Shown here: one piece after another, positions 9,657-19,136 of the stretch | Position numbering within the stretch: the stretch's first letter is position 1 | Layout of the letters: every line of letters begins with the position of its first letter | Assembly: GCA_013286205.1 (NCBI GenBank) | Contig: JABDGD010000005.1 | Coordinates: 15,003-79,002 of the forward strand | From: Candidatus Firestoneibacteriota bacterium | Lineage (GTDB): Bacteria > Oederibacteriota > Muellerivitia > Muellerivitales > Muellerivitaceae | Length of the DNA stretch: 64,000 bases | Reading direction: 5' to 3' | Made by a program: the position numbers and the translations under genes | The notes under the pieces: model-generated | Database searches by the model: none | The model's input: the letters and a program-made list of their open reading frames with translations, nothing else | Told to the model about the DNA's origin: nothing

Positions 9657-11078
9657 CTAACGGCCTGGTAACCCTGGAAAACCGCTTCCGGGACCGCCGG
9701 GAAAGCCTCCTGGCATGCCTCCGCCCATTGGGGGGGAACCGCCCTGGCCCATGCCGCCCATGAGGTTGGCAGCCTTTTGCATCATCCCGCCCTTTTTCAT
9801 AACCTTTTTCATCATGTCGTACTGCTTTAACAGGGTATTCACTTCATCGGGCCGGGTGCCGCTTCCTTGCGAGATACGGCGGCGGCGCGAGCCGTCCAAA
9901 AGCTGGGGAAACTTGCGTTCCTTTTTAGTCATCGAAAGGAGGATGGCTTCCATGCGCTTAATCTTCTTGGCGTCGGGGGCCTGAGCCATCATTTGTTTCT
10001 TTTGGGCGTGATCGCCGGGCATCATGGCGATGATTTCGTCCATCGAACCCATCTTGGTGAGTTGTTGAATCTGTTCGAGCATGTTGTCCAGGTTAAAGTC
10101 CGAAGCTTTGGTGAGCTTTTGCGCCATGGTGCTTTGGCGCGCGACTTCCTCGGCTTTTTCAATGAGAGTCAGCATGTCGCCCATACCCAAAATGCGGGAG
10201 GCCATACGGTCGGGATAGAAAGCTTCTAAACCTTCCATCTTTTCGCTGACGCCGACAAACTGAATGGGAACGCCGGTGACAGAAGTGATGGAAAAAATCG
10301 CGCCGCCTCTGGAATCGCCGTCCGCTTTGGTCAGCACTAAGCCAGTGAGGGGCAGTTTGGCGTGAAAGGTTTTCGCTACATCCACGGCGTTTTGGCCGGT
10401 CATGGCATCCACCACTAACATGATATTGGTGGGTTTGAGCTTCTTTTGAATTTCAGAAATCTCATTCATCATCGCTTCGTCAATCTGCAAACGGCCAGCT
10501 GTGTCTAAAATCAAAACATTGCAATCGTTTTGAAGGGCGGTTTTTACGGCTCTCACGCAGACGTCTAAAGCTTTTTCACCGTTCTCAGGTTTGAAGATGG
10601 GAACCTGGATTTCCTGGGCTAAGGTGGCTAATTGTTCAATGGCGGCGGGGCGCACTAAGTCCGCGGCGACCAAGCCAGGCTTACGGCCGTCTTTTTTGAA
10701 CCACAGGGCCAGCTTGGCGGCGGTGGTGGTTTTACCCGTTCCCTGTAAACCGGCTAATAAAATTAAAGTCGGCGGGGCGGGGGCGAATTTGAACTTGTTC
10801 GCAGTCTTGTCTTTAGGGGTTAAAAGTTGGATCAGTTCTTCGTGAACAATCTTAATCATTACCTGGCCGGGGGTCAGGCTTAACGCCACATCCCGTCCTA
10901 AAGCTTTCGCTTTAATTTTATCCAGAAACATTTTGACGGTTTCAAGGTTCACGTCGGCTTCTAAAAGGGCCAGACGGACCTCTTTGAGAGCTTCTTCAAT
11001 ATTTTCTTCAGTGATTTTGCCCTGGCCGCGCAGGTTCTTAAAAACTTTTTGAATTCGGTCGGTTAAATGATCAAACAT
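9657..11078 (-). CDS. ffh: Signal recognition particle protein Ffh
   Basis: G-domain motifs GLQGTGKTTTAAKLA, DTAGR and TKADGD. Met-rich M-domain and a Gly/Met/Pro tail. Confidence 0.97.
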   Translation of the reverse strand: MFDHLTDRIQKVFKNLRGQGKITEENIEEALKEVRLALLEADVNLETVKMFLDKIKAKALGRDVALSLTPGQVMIKIVHEELIQLLTPKDKTANKFKFAPAPPTLILLAGLQGTGKTTTAAKLALWFKKDGRKPGLVAADLVRPAAIEQLATLAQEIQVPIFKPENGEKALDVCVRAVKTALQNDCNVLILDTAGRLQIDEAMMNEISEIQKKLKPTNIMLVVDAMTGQNAVDVAKTFHAKLPLTGLVLTKADGDSRGGAIFSITSVTGVPIQFVGVSEKMEGLEAFYPDRMASRILGMGDMLTLIEKAEEVARQSTMAQKLTKASDFNLDNMLEQIQQLTKMGSMDEIIAMMPGDHAQKKQMMAQAPDAKKIKRMEAILLSMTKKERKFPQLLDGSRRRRISQGSGTRPDEVNTLLKQYDMMKKVMKKGGMMQKAANLMGGMGQGGSPPMGGGMPGGFPGGPGSGFPGLPGR

Positions 11079-11145
11079 GATTCGTGTAATTCCTTAATGA
11101 AGTGAGGGATGATTTTAAGAGGAACGGTGTGAAAAGGAAAGGCGG

Positions 11146-12369
11146 TTAGCGCTCTCTTCTTAAAACAAAAAGGGCCAAAAGCCCGTTTAAAACCATCAAG
11201 AGTGACGCCAAAAAGAAGGGCGATCCGGGCAATTGCCAGCTATGGGTAGGATCGATAAAAAAAGCATAGGTGACAGTGAAGAGCATCGGACCGACCAGTT
11301 CGGCGATGGCTCTCAGGCTTCCATTGGCGCCCTGCAACTGGCCTTGTTCTTTATGGCTGACATGTTTAGTCATCATGCTTTGGGTAGCGGCATTCGAGAA
11401 ACCCCAGAGAGCCATGAGTGGAATAGAGCACAGAAAAAGAGTGCCTGTGGGCGCTAAACCAAAGCCAGCAAAGCCCAGCATGCCGAAGAAAATACCGATT
11501 AATAAAGCCTTGTGTTCGCCGAAGCGTTTCACAAAAGGCCGCACCAAACCGCCTTGAACAATGCCGGTGCAAATTCCCACAATGGCCAGACAATATCCCA
11601 CCATTTGAGAGTCCCAGTTGTAACGGTAAAGCACACACAGCACAAAAACACTGGAGAAAACAACGTGAGCCAGCATGTTCGTGAAATAAATACCGGCCAA
11701 ACCGAATAAATCCCGGTGGGATTTTAATAACACTAATGAGCCGACGGGATTGGCGTTTTTCCAGCTGAAGTTAACCCGGCGGGATTTGGGCAGGGATTCG
11801 GGCAGTACTAAGAGACCGTAAAAGAAATTGGCTAAACTCAGGCCCGCGGCGACCCAGAAGGGAAGCCGAGGATCCACTCCCCCCAAAATACCGCCGAGGG
11901 TGGGTCCCAATACAAAGCCCACGCTAAAGGCGGCGCCGATCATGCCGAAACCCGCCGCGCGTTTTTGCGGTGTGGTGGAATCCGCGATATAGGCAAAGGC
12001 GGTGGAGATGCTGGAGGTCGTGATACCAGAAACGATTCGTCCGCCGAATAACCAACCGATGGTGGGCGCGATTGCCATGACGATGTAGTCAATGCCGGTG
12101 CCGAGGTTTGACAGCAGGATGATGGGACGGCGGCCAAAGCGGTCAGACAGGGAACCGATAATGGGCGAGGCGAAAAACTGCATCAGCGCCCAAACCGTAC
12201 CAAAAAGGCCAACCATGTAAGCGGCTTGCCCGCTGTTGCCAGCCATGAAGTTGAGAATCAGTTTGGGCAGAATGGGGATAATCAGTCCCAATGCCAGAAT
12301 GTCCAAAAGGACAGTGATGAAGATAAAGAGAAGAGCGTGTTTGCTTTTGCCTGGTTTTGTTTTAGCCAT
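11146..12369 (-). CDS. MFS transporter (TetA-like drug:H+ antiporter family)
   Basis: About 12 TM segments. Motif-A-like GSLSDRFGRRPIILL. Start set at MAKTKPG (ATG 12369), which has AAGGA upstream. Confidence 0.85.
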   Translation of the reverse strand: MAKTKPGKSKHALLFIFITVLLDILALGLIIPILPKLILNFMAGNSGQAAYMVGLFGTVWALMQFFASPIIGSLSDRFGRRPIILLSNLGTGIDYIVMAIAPTIGWLFGGRIVSGITTSSISTAFAYIADSTTPQKRAAGFGMIGAAFSVGFVLGPTLGGILGGVDPRLPFWVAAGLSLANFFYGLLVLPESLPKSRRVNFSWKNANPVGSLVLLKSHRDLFGLAGIYFTNMLAHVVFSSVFVLCVLYRYNWDSQMVGYCLAIVGICTGIVQGGLVRPFVKRFGEHKALLIGIFFGMLGFAGFGLAPTGTLFLCSIPLMALWGFSNAATQSMMTKHVSHKEQGQLQGANGSLRAIAELVGPMLFTVTYAFFIDPTHSWQLPGSPFFLASLLMVLNGLLALFVLRRER

Positions 12370-12461
12370 GTTGGAGTCCTTAACTATATAGAAGACGGGC
12401 AACTATAACAAAAAAGGTCTTCTGAAAGAATCGGACTCTTCGGTTGGTGTGAATCGATTGG

Positions 12462-12887
12462 TTATTTGGCCAGTTTCTTCTGTTCGGCCACCCAATCGAG
12501 CAGGATCTTACGGTTCTTGTCAGACAGCGGCAGGCCCAATCCCAGCTTGGCCTGGCTATCGGGCGGCATGAAGCTCTTAGTGAGTACTTTTTCTAAATGC
12601 TTTAACTGCTTGGCGACCGGCTGGTCATCGGGGAAAGGAAATTGACTGCCCATGGTTAAAGCGTCTAATCCATCACCGACTTCTTTTTTGATTTTCTTGG
12701 CAATGACCGGGTCTTTGCTCGCATAAGGTTTATCCGCGCCCGGCACATGGCAGGCGAAGCAGCTATCTTTCAAAATGGGAAGCACCGTTTTGGTGAAGTC
12801 CACGGGGCCTTTGGTTGTATCCGCCAGGGCGATAGTAGAAACCGCTGAAAATAGGATGATGGAAGAGGCTTTCAGGTAGAAACGCAT
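12462..12887 (-). CDS. Periplasmic mono-haem c-type cytochrome (PSCyt1-like)
   Basis: Signal peptide MRFYLKASSIILFSAVSTIALA, then VLPILKDSCFACH with a single CxxCH. Start moved to the internal ATG at 12887. Confidence 0.6.
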   Translation of the reverse strand: MRFYLKASSIILFSAVSTIALADTTKGPVDFTKTVLPILKDSCFACHVPGADKPYASKDPVIAKKIKKEVGDGLDALTMGSQFPFPDDQPVAKQLKHLEKVLTKSFMPPDSQAKLGLGLPLSDKNRKILLDWVAEQKKLAK

Positions 12888-12985
12888 GACGGCTCCTTGG
12901 TTTTGATTTCGGATGAACGAAATTATCCCACAAACACTTTGAAAATAAAGAGCCGTATGAAATATCCATACGGCTCCCGAATCCA

Positions 12986-13936
12986 TTACTTAATCAAAAA
13001 CCGGGTTCCCGCCATATAAGTGGGGTCAATCTGCTGAACCCCGTTAAGGCTGGTATAAACGGGTATTTGCACTTTGGCATAAAGAGTGGAATCCCCGCTG
13101 ACGTTCCAGGAAAAGCCAGGTGAGAGATCAATCACGGTGCCTCCGGTGTTGGGCGCCGTAATGATGGCGCTTTTGTCGTCGTTTTCTTCGGTATCCGCGT
13201 TGGCGTAACGGCCCTCAATCGCCAATGAGAAAGCCAGAGGTTCGGCGACGGTTAATTGCCCGGATATTCCTCCCGTGTAAGACGTTCCGAAGGTATAACC
13301 GAAAACCGGGCTGGTGCTGTCCGTGGTCGCTGGCGTGGTGTGAACAATCACGTTTGCGTTGGCACTCAAGGTAAAGCCGTCCCAGACATGGTTGTACAGC
13401 AAGCCGCCGTAAAGTCCAAAGGCGCCAGTACCCAGTTGGGCATGGGTATCCAAATTGTTTCCCGTAAACTGCGAAACAAAGTTGGTTCCTCCGGTGGGCA
13501 AATAACTGCCCGCCGAAACCGCCAGAGCCTGGTGCTGCTGATTTTGGAAATTGGTTTCCTGCCAGAAGAAATAACGGAATCCGACCAGCATATCGCCAAT
13601 GCCAAAGGGCGTGCCAGCGTCCGGCCCGGCGGGAGCCGTGACCGACCAATATTTTTCCACTACCGGCAGCATGACCGTTAAGGACAAATTAAAGGTCGGG
13701 CTGTAAGTGAGAGTGGTGTTGAGGTTGACCTGGCGGACCGATTCGGTGCTGATCAAATCGTCGCTCTGGGCGCTGGCGGTGAGATAGATGTTTTGAATAT
13801 CCAGGCGCCAACTATCAGCCAAAGGATGTGCGGTTTCGGAAGCTTGCAAAGGGTCGCCGCACCCGCAGACGGAGCAGGCTTGCGACAAACCAGGAAGAAG
13901 GGCCATCAGGCCCCAAAGCAATAATCGTTTAAACAT
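12986..13936 (-). CDS. Outer-membrane beta-barrel protein (MetA/phenol-degradation-like channel family) with an N-terminal CSVCGCG motif
   Basis: Signal peptide ..LLPGLSQA, then CSVCGCGDP. Alternating strand pattern with G/Y/F/T-rich strands. GAGGAA SD upstream. Confidence 0.55.
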   Translation of the reverse strand: MFKRLLLWGLMALLPGLSQACSVCGCGDPLQASETAHPLADSWRLDIQNIYLTASAQSDDLISTESVRQVNLNTTLTYSPTFNLSLTVMLPVVEKYWSVTAPAGPDAGTPFGIGDMLVGFRYFFWQETNFQNQQHQALAVSAGSYLPTGGTNFVSQFTGNNLDTHAQLGTGAFGLYGGLLYNHVWDGFTLSANANVIVHTTPATTDSTSPVFGYTFGTSYTGGISGQLTVAEPLAFSLAIEGRYANADTEENDDKSAIITAPNTGGTVIDLSPGFSWNVSGDSTLYAKVQIPVYTSLNGVQQIDPTYMAGTRFLIK

Positions 13937-14000
13937 TTAAATTTCCTCAAAATTGGATTTGTCAGTACCCCGCAAGAGGCATGACATAACAGTTCGCTAT

Positions 14001-14387
14001 TTAAACGAAATGTTCCAATTCGGGAGGAGGAGTGAAAATCTCTGAAGTGGGTGAGGGGCAGAACTTAAAGGCGAATACGACGAGACGGGTAAGATCACTT
14101 CTATATAGGCTTGGTTGGGCGGCTGGCATGAACTTGTCGGCGCTTTGGAAAAAAAACAACTGCCGGGCACTGTCGGGCGTACAGCCTGATGGATATAGCC
14201 CCGCTAGGTGGCCGCAAACTGCCTGGGAATCCGCGCAGCAGCAAACATCGCCGCACATATCTTCCATGCCGCAGGTTTGACAGATGTGATGAGTCTGGGT
14301 TTTTAAAGCCGCTATGCTCAAAAAAGGTTCGGTAACCCAGAGGCTGATGAGGAGTAAGAAGAATATTCGTTTGGCAGGCATGGGCAT
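14001..14387 (-). CDS. Small Cys/His/Met-rich exported or membrane-anchored protein
   Basis: Hydrophobic N-terminus RIFFLLLISLWV, then HHICQTCGMEDMCGDVCCCADSQAVCGH. First gene of a co-directional trio with 12986-13936 and 12462-12887. Confidence 0.45.
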   Translation of the reverse strand: MPMPAKRIFFLLLISLWVTEPFLSIAALKTQTHHICQTCGMEDMCGDVCCCADSQAVCGHLAGLYPSGCTPDSARQLFFFQSADKFMPAAQPSLYRSDLTRLVVFAFKFCPSPTSEIFTPPPELEHFV

Positions 14388-14650
14388 AAGTTAGCCCCGC
14401 TTTTACTGATTTGCAACTGATGGTTTGAAGAGATTGCTGTGGTTTTTATATGAATGTGGGTGTCGTGCCCTTGAATCTAACTTTTATTGACAAAACAAAG
14501 GAAAGTCTCCGTTAAAAGTGAGGGTCGGCCGTTTGACTTAAGGCTTTTGTAGGTATACTCCAGCCTCGCTTCCGACGCCCGAGAAGTTCCCCCGCTTTTA
14601 TCAATAAGCCGCAAAAAGGATTTGTGATGAATTGTTTGACCCATTTAAAA

Positions 14651-17600
14651 ATGAAAACCGGATATTTGAAAACGCTCTTGCTCATAGTTTTTACTCTTTT
14701 AATGACGGGGAAAGTTCAGGCCCAAATCTGGTCAACTACCCCTGGATCGGGTGTGTGGAATACGGCGACGAACTGGAACACGCTCAGTGTCCCTTCTTCT
14801 CAGGGCGCCACGGCGATCTTTGGAGCTTCCAGCGGACTGCTGCTGACGACCAGCGCTAATGTCACGGTGGGGACGCTTCTGTTTAATGTCGGAGCTCCCG
14901 GATACAGCTTTACGACGGGCACCAACTCGATGAGCTTTTTCGGATCAGGAATCGTTAATAATTCAGCGTCAGTGGAAAATTTCGTAGTGAGCGCCAGCGG
15001 CGGTACGTTGAATTTGTATAACACTTCGAGCCTGGCTAATTCTGCGGTGACCATTGGCAATGGTGGAAATCTAAGCCTCAATGACACCTCGACGCTTGGC
15101 AGCGCGGCTATTACTAACAGTGGCGGCATTAACTTTGGGTCCAGCACGGCTGACAGCACTTCCGCAGGTCACGCTTATATTGATAATTTAAACGCAGGCA
15201 ATATTCGTTTCGCTGGCAGTTCCACTGCGGCCAGCGCTACCATTATCAATAACTATATTCTGAATTTTTCAGGCACCTCGACCGCAGGCAGTGCCACGAT
15301 TTTTAACGCGGCGGCTCAAACAATCGCTTTTAATAATGGATCGACAGCCGGAAGCGCCACGATTGTTAATAATGGGTTGCTAAATTTTTTCAGCGACAGC
15401 AGTACGGTTTACTCTAGCGCGGGCAGCGCCAACATTACGAACGCCAACGGCGCGGCGATGAGCTTTACGGGATTTTCCACCGCGGGCAGCGCTAACATTA
15501 ACAACGCGATTGGTGCGTCGGTGAGCTTTACGGCTAATTCCACCGCGGGCAGCGCGACCATCTTTAACAATAACATTTTGGCTTTCACGACTAATGCCTC
15601 GGCGGGCAGTGCCACGATTTTTAATGATGTGAATACGAATTTTTATAACTCGTCCACCATGGGCAACGCTACGCTTAACAATAATGGAACGGGAATTCTT
15701 GTTTTTAACAACAGCTCAAGCGCGGGTGGAACCATTATTAATAACGGGTCGGTCACTTTTAACAGTGATAGCAGCTCGGTCTTTTCGACAGCGGGCGCCG
15801 CATCAATTACGAACAATGGGGCGATTAACTTTAACGGTTTCTCTTCGGCGGGGAGCGCCACCATTACGAATAACCGTTTCGGAACCATTTTCTTTAATGG
15901 CACCTCTACTGCGGGCAACGCGGTCATTAACGCGTCGTCGCTCGTTAATTTTGGAAGCGGCACAACAGCTGGAAATGCTTCGATTACTACTACAGGCGCG
16001 GGAATTGGTTTTCAAAGCGCTTCGGCCGGTAGCGCTACTTTAACAGCGCTTACGGCTAATCTTAGTTCTGTCGGCGTGATTAGTTTTGGGTTGAATTCTA
16101 CAGGCGGCACATCGCGGATTATTTTGGGTACGAATGCCGCTATGGATGCTTCGGGAGAAACTGCGTCGACACCCCTAACGGTTGGATCAGTAGAGGGTTC
16201 GGGGAACGTGACGATGGGCGGAACCAATCTTTTTGTTGGATCTAATAACCTGAACACGACGCTTTCGGGATCGGTTCTCAGCACGACAGGCGCTTTAACG
16301 AAGATTGGGACGGGAACCTGGACTTTGACGGGCGCCAATACTTACGCTGGCGGCACCTCCATTACGGCGGGTGTGTTGAACATCAATAGCGACGGCGCGA
16401 ACAGCATCTACAACCTGGGTTCAGCCGGCACAACGCTTACCTTTAATGGCGGTACTTTGCAGGCGGGCGGTTCATTTAGCTCGGCCCGTTTGATTGGCAT
16501 TAATTCGGGTATTACAGGGTTGATGGACACGAATGGCTATGCGGTGACTTTGTCCGGTGCAATTAAGGGTACAGGCGCTCTGGCGGTTAATTCCAGCGCG
16601 GTGGGCGGCACTTTAACGCTGACTGGCACCAACACCTATACGGGCGGCACTACGGTCAATGGTGGTTCGTTGTTGGTTGGAAGCGCGGGTGCTTTGGGAA
16701 CGAGCCTGGTCACGGTCAATGGAGGAACTTTAGGCACCAATGGAGTTCTTCATACTATTACCTCGGCGGGCAATTACACGCAAGGTTCCAAGGGAACTTT
16801 ACAATTGGGTTTGGGCGCGAATACTGCTGGCCAATGGGACGCTTTGAGTGTGACGGGCACCGCGACGTTAGGTGGAACGCTGCAGCTCATTCCTTACAGC
16901 GGATTCAAGTCGACCAGTGGTCAGACTTTCCAGATCATTTCATCGACTGGAGCTTTAACTGGACAATTTGCCAGCTTGTCGGACTTGTTGTCCGAGCCGG
17001 TTTCTTTGTCTTATGTCGGCAATACGGTGACGGTCAATGTGTTGAGCTTCGCGCAACTGGGCGTTACTGGAAATGAAAAGGCAATTGCCGCGGCTTTAGA
17101 TAATGTCGCTGCGGGTTCCACGAATACGACTTTGGTCAACAGTCTCGCTTCTTTATCTGGTTCGGCGCTCAATACGGCATATGATCAAATGTCGCCTTCC
17201 AATATTACGCCGATGTTCAAGATGGGCTTTGCCACCGCGCAAGTTCAATCCGGCATGGTGGGAGACCGTTTGTCGCAGATGTTCGGTACCTCGAAGTTTA
17301 ATTCTAATAGCAGTGCCTGGAGCGGCAACGGTCCGATGTTCGCTGGAAATATGCCCGCAGAAGAGGAAGCTGAAATCGCTCAGACTGTTTCCCAACCTGA
17401 ACGTTGGGGCGCTTTCGCTAATGGCATGACGAACTTTGGAACTGTCAGCTCGGATGGCAACGGCGCGGGATATCAATTCTCGACCGGAGGTACCACTGCT
17501 GGTGTGGATTACCGTTTCGCGAAAGATCTCGTGATCGGTTTAATGCTGGGTTTTGACCAAACCGGAACGAGCCAATCCTCGGGCACAGTTAATGCGCGCG

Positions 17601-18208
17601 GCGGACAAGCGGGTCTCTATGCGGGTTGGAAGGCGGATGATTGGCACGCCACGGCTTTCGTTGATGGCGGGTTAGACACTTATACGACTCAGCGTACGGG
17701 TTTTGGCGGGACGTCTAGCGGCAGCACCTCGGGCACCGAATACACGGGTCAATTGAGTTTTGGTTTTGACATGAAGATGGAAGACTTTAAAGTCAGCCCT
17801 TTTGTGTCGGGTCAATACACCCAGGTCAATGTGAACGGCTTTACGGAAACGGGCTCGCTAGCGCCTTTAACTTTCGGCAACCAGGGTGAAAACTACATCA
17901 ACAGCGATTTGGGCGCGGGCCTCAGCCGTACCTGGAATGTCTTTGGTGTGAAGCTTTCCCCCAGTGTGAGCGCGGCCTGGGAGCACGTCTACCAGGGTAA
18001 TAACGACAGCCTAACCGCCAATTTTGGATCGGGCAGCAGCTTTACGGTGGCGGGTTCCGCCGTAGGCGCGGATGCCGCGGTTTTGGGCGCGGGTCTGAAC
18101 GCCGAGTTTGACAAAGGCCTGAATATTTATGCAAACTATCAGGGTAAAGTTGGTATGACGAATTACACTGACCAAAGCTTATCGGGCGGAGTTAATTTCG
18201 GCTTTTAA
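14651..18208 (+). CDS. Type Va autotransporter (beta-helical passenger plus C-terminal beta-barrel)
   Basis: Signal peptide MKTGYLKTLLLIVFTLLMTGKVQA. About 20-aa STAGSATI.NN repeats. Autotransporter-associated beta-strand repeats (GTGTWTLTGANTYAGGTSITAGVLNI, LTLTGTNTYTGGTTVNGGSLLVG). The C-terminal ~280 aa form a barrel ending ..GGVNFGF. Confidence 0.9.
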   Translation: MKTGYLKTLLLIVFTLLMTGKVQAQIWSTTPGSGVWNTATNWNTLSVPSSQGATAIFGASSGLLLTTSANVTVGTLLFNVGAPGYSFTTGTNSMSFFGSGIVNNSASVENFVVSASGGTLNLYNTSSLANSAVTIGNGGNLSLNDTSTLGSAAITNSGGINFGSSTADSTSAGHAYIDNLNAGNIRFAGSSTAASATIINNYILNFSGTSTAGSATIFNAAAQTIAFNNGSTAGSATIVNNGLLNFFSDSSTVYSSAGSANITNANGAAMSFTGFSTAGSANINNAIGASVSFTANSTAGSATIFNNNILAFTTNASAGSATIFNDVNTNFYNSSTMGNATLNNNGTGILVFNNSSSAGGTIINNGSVTFNSDSSSVFSTAGAASITNNGAINFNGFSSAGSATITNNRFGTIFFNGTSTAGNAVINASSLVNFGSGTTAGNASITTTGAGIGFQSASAGSATLTALTANLSSVGVISFGLNSTGGTSRIILGTNAAMDASGETASTPLTVGSVEGSGNVTMGGTNLFVGSNNLNTTLSGSVLSTTGALTKIGTGTWTLTGANTYAGGTSITAGVLNINSDGANSIYNLGSAGTTLTFNGGTLQAGGSFSSARLIGINSGITGLMDTNGYAVTLSGAIKGTGALAVNSSAVGGTLTLTGTNTYTGGTTVNGGSLLVGSAGALGTSLVTVNGGTLGTNGVLHTITSAGNYTQGSKGTLQLGLGANTAGQWDALSVTGTATLGGTLQLIPYSGFKSTSGQTFQIISSTGALTGQFASLSDLLSEPVSLSYVGNTVTVNVLSFAQLGVTGNEKAIAAALDNVAAGSTNTTLVNSLASLSGSALNTAYDQMSPSNITPMFKMGFATAQVQSGMVGDRLSQMFGTSKFNSNSSAWSGNGPMFAGNMPAEEEAEIAQTVSQPERWGAFANGMTNFGTVSSDGNGAGYQFSTGGTTAGVDYRFAKDLVIGLMLGFDQTGTSQSSGTVNARGGQAGLYAGWKADDWHATAFVDGGLDTYTTQRTGFGGTSSGSTSGTEYTGQLSFGFDMKMEDFKVSPFVSGQYTQVNVNGFTETGSLAPLTFGNQGENYINSDLGAGLSRTWNVFGVKLSPSVSAAWEHVYQGNNDSLTANFGSGSSFTVAGSAVGADAAVLGAGLNAEFDKGLNIYANYQGKVGMTNYTDQSLSGGVNFGF
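15190..16040 (+). repeat. Degenerate ~20-residue coding repeats in the autotransporter passenger
   Basis: Recurrence of [GS]S[TS]AGSA[TN]I.NN...[FL].[GFS] about 13 times. They are diverged at the DNA level. Confidence 0.6.
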
Positions 18209-18228
18209 TCTATTTGAAAAGGACTGTT

Positions 18229-18711
18229 ATGCGTTTTATCACCTTGCTGTGCTTCTTGTTAGCGACTTCGACTGTGATGGCGAAAGATTACGTTATGGCC
18301 ACAGTTGATTTGCAGAAATTGTTTAAGGCTTATCCAGGTACGGCCAAGGCGCAGAAAAAATTTGACGCTTTGGCGAAAGATAAGAAGGCCGAGTTGAGCT
18401 CTTCTGAGAAGATTTTGACCAAGCTTCAAAATGAACTGAAAAACGCGGACGATTTGACTGAAAAACAGAAAACAGCCAAGCAGAAACAGTTTCAGGATGA
18501 GGCTCAAACCTATCAGGACTTGAAAACCCATCTTCAAAACGAGTTGTCCACTAAACAGCAGGAAATGACTCAAAGTGTTTTGGATGAAATTAAAGTGATT
18601 GTAAACAAGGTCGCGGCGAAAGACGGCGTGGATATGGTGGTTCAATCCAGCGATGTGGTTTATATGAAAACGGATATGGATTTGACCGACGAGGTTTTAA
18701 AAAGCTTTTAA
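18229..18711 (+). CDS. skp: Skp/OmpH-family periplasmic chaperone
   Basis: Signal peptide MRFITLLCFLLATSTVMA. DLQKLFKAYPGTAKAQKKFD.. followed by long coiled-coil arms. Size ~160 aa. AAAGGA SD. Confidence 0.75.
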   Translation: MRFITLLCFLLATSTVMAKDYVMATVDLQKLFKAYPGTAKAQKKFDALAKDKKAELSSSEKILTKLQNELKNADDLTEKQKTAKQKQFQDEAQTYQDLKTHLQNELSTKQQEMTQSVLDEIKVIVNKVAAKDGVDMVVQSSDVVYMKTDMDLTDEVLKSF

Positions 18712-18742
18712 CCAAAATTGAAGTTTTGAAATTGTAAAATCA

Positions 18743-18780
18743 AACGGGTGGCCTCTTAGGAGGGCATCCGTTTTTTGTTT
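18743..18780 (+). terminator. Rho-independent terminator after skp
   Basis: Imperfect ACGGGTGGCCTC/GAGGGCATCCGT stem followed by TTTTTT. Confidence 0.6.
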
Positions 18781-19136
18781 GAATAGGCCAATTAACAGCT
18801 GAAAACGCAAATAGATCACACAAACCCTGTGTTTTCATGTATCTTAATCACGTTGTCAGCCAAGAAATTTGTGCAAGATACGACCTCTCAGTAGGTCGCT
18901 ACTTCACCTAGGAAGTGTCTAGGTTTAGTACACGGCGAGCCCCGGTTGAAAGTCGGGGAACACTCTCAGACCGTGCTTCCCACCCTTATTTCCCTTAATT
19001 TATCCGTTGCCAGTTAAAAGCAGTTTTGCCAAGAAGGCGCAACGGGACGAAAACTATCCGATTTTTCTATCGGATCAATTGGTTTTCGCGGTTGTGACAA
19101 ATCTTCGCGGTCAAAATTATTTTTAAAAGGTGAATC

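Noticed and set aside
14533-14559. Sigma-70-type promoter TTGACT / TATACT upstream of the autotransporter
   Set aside because: Both hexamers are good, but the spacer is only 15 nt. It is plausible but too uncertain to list as a feature.
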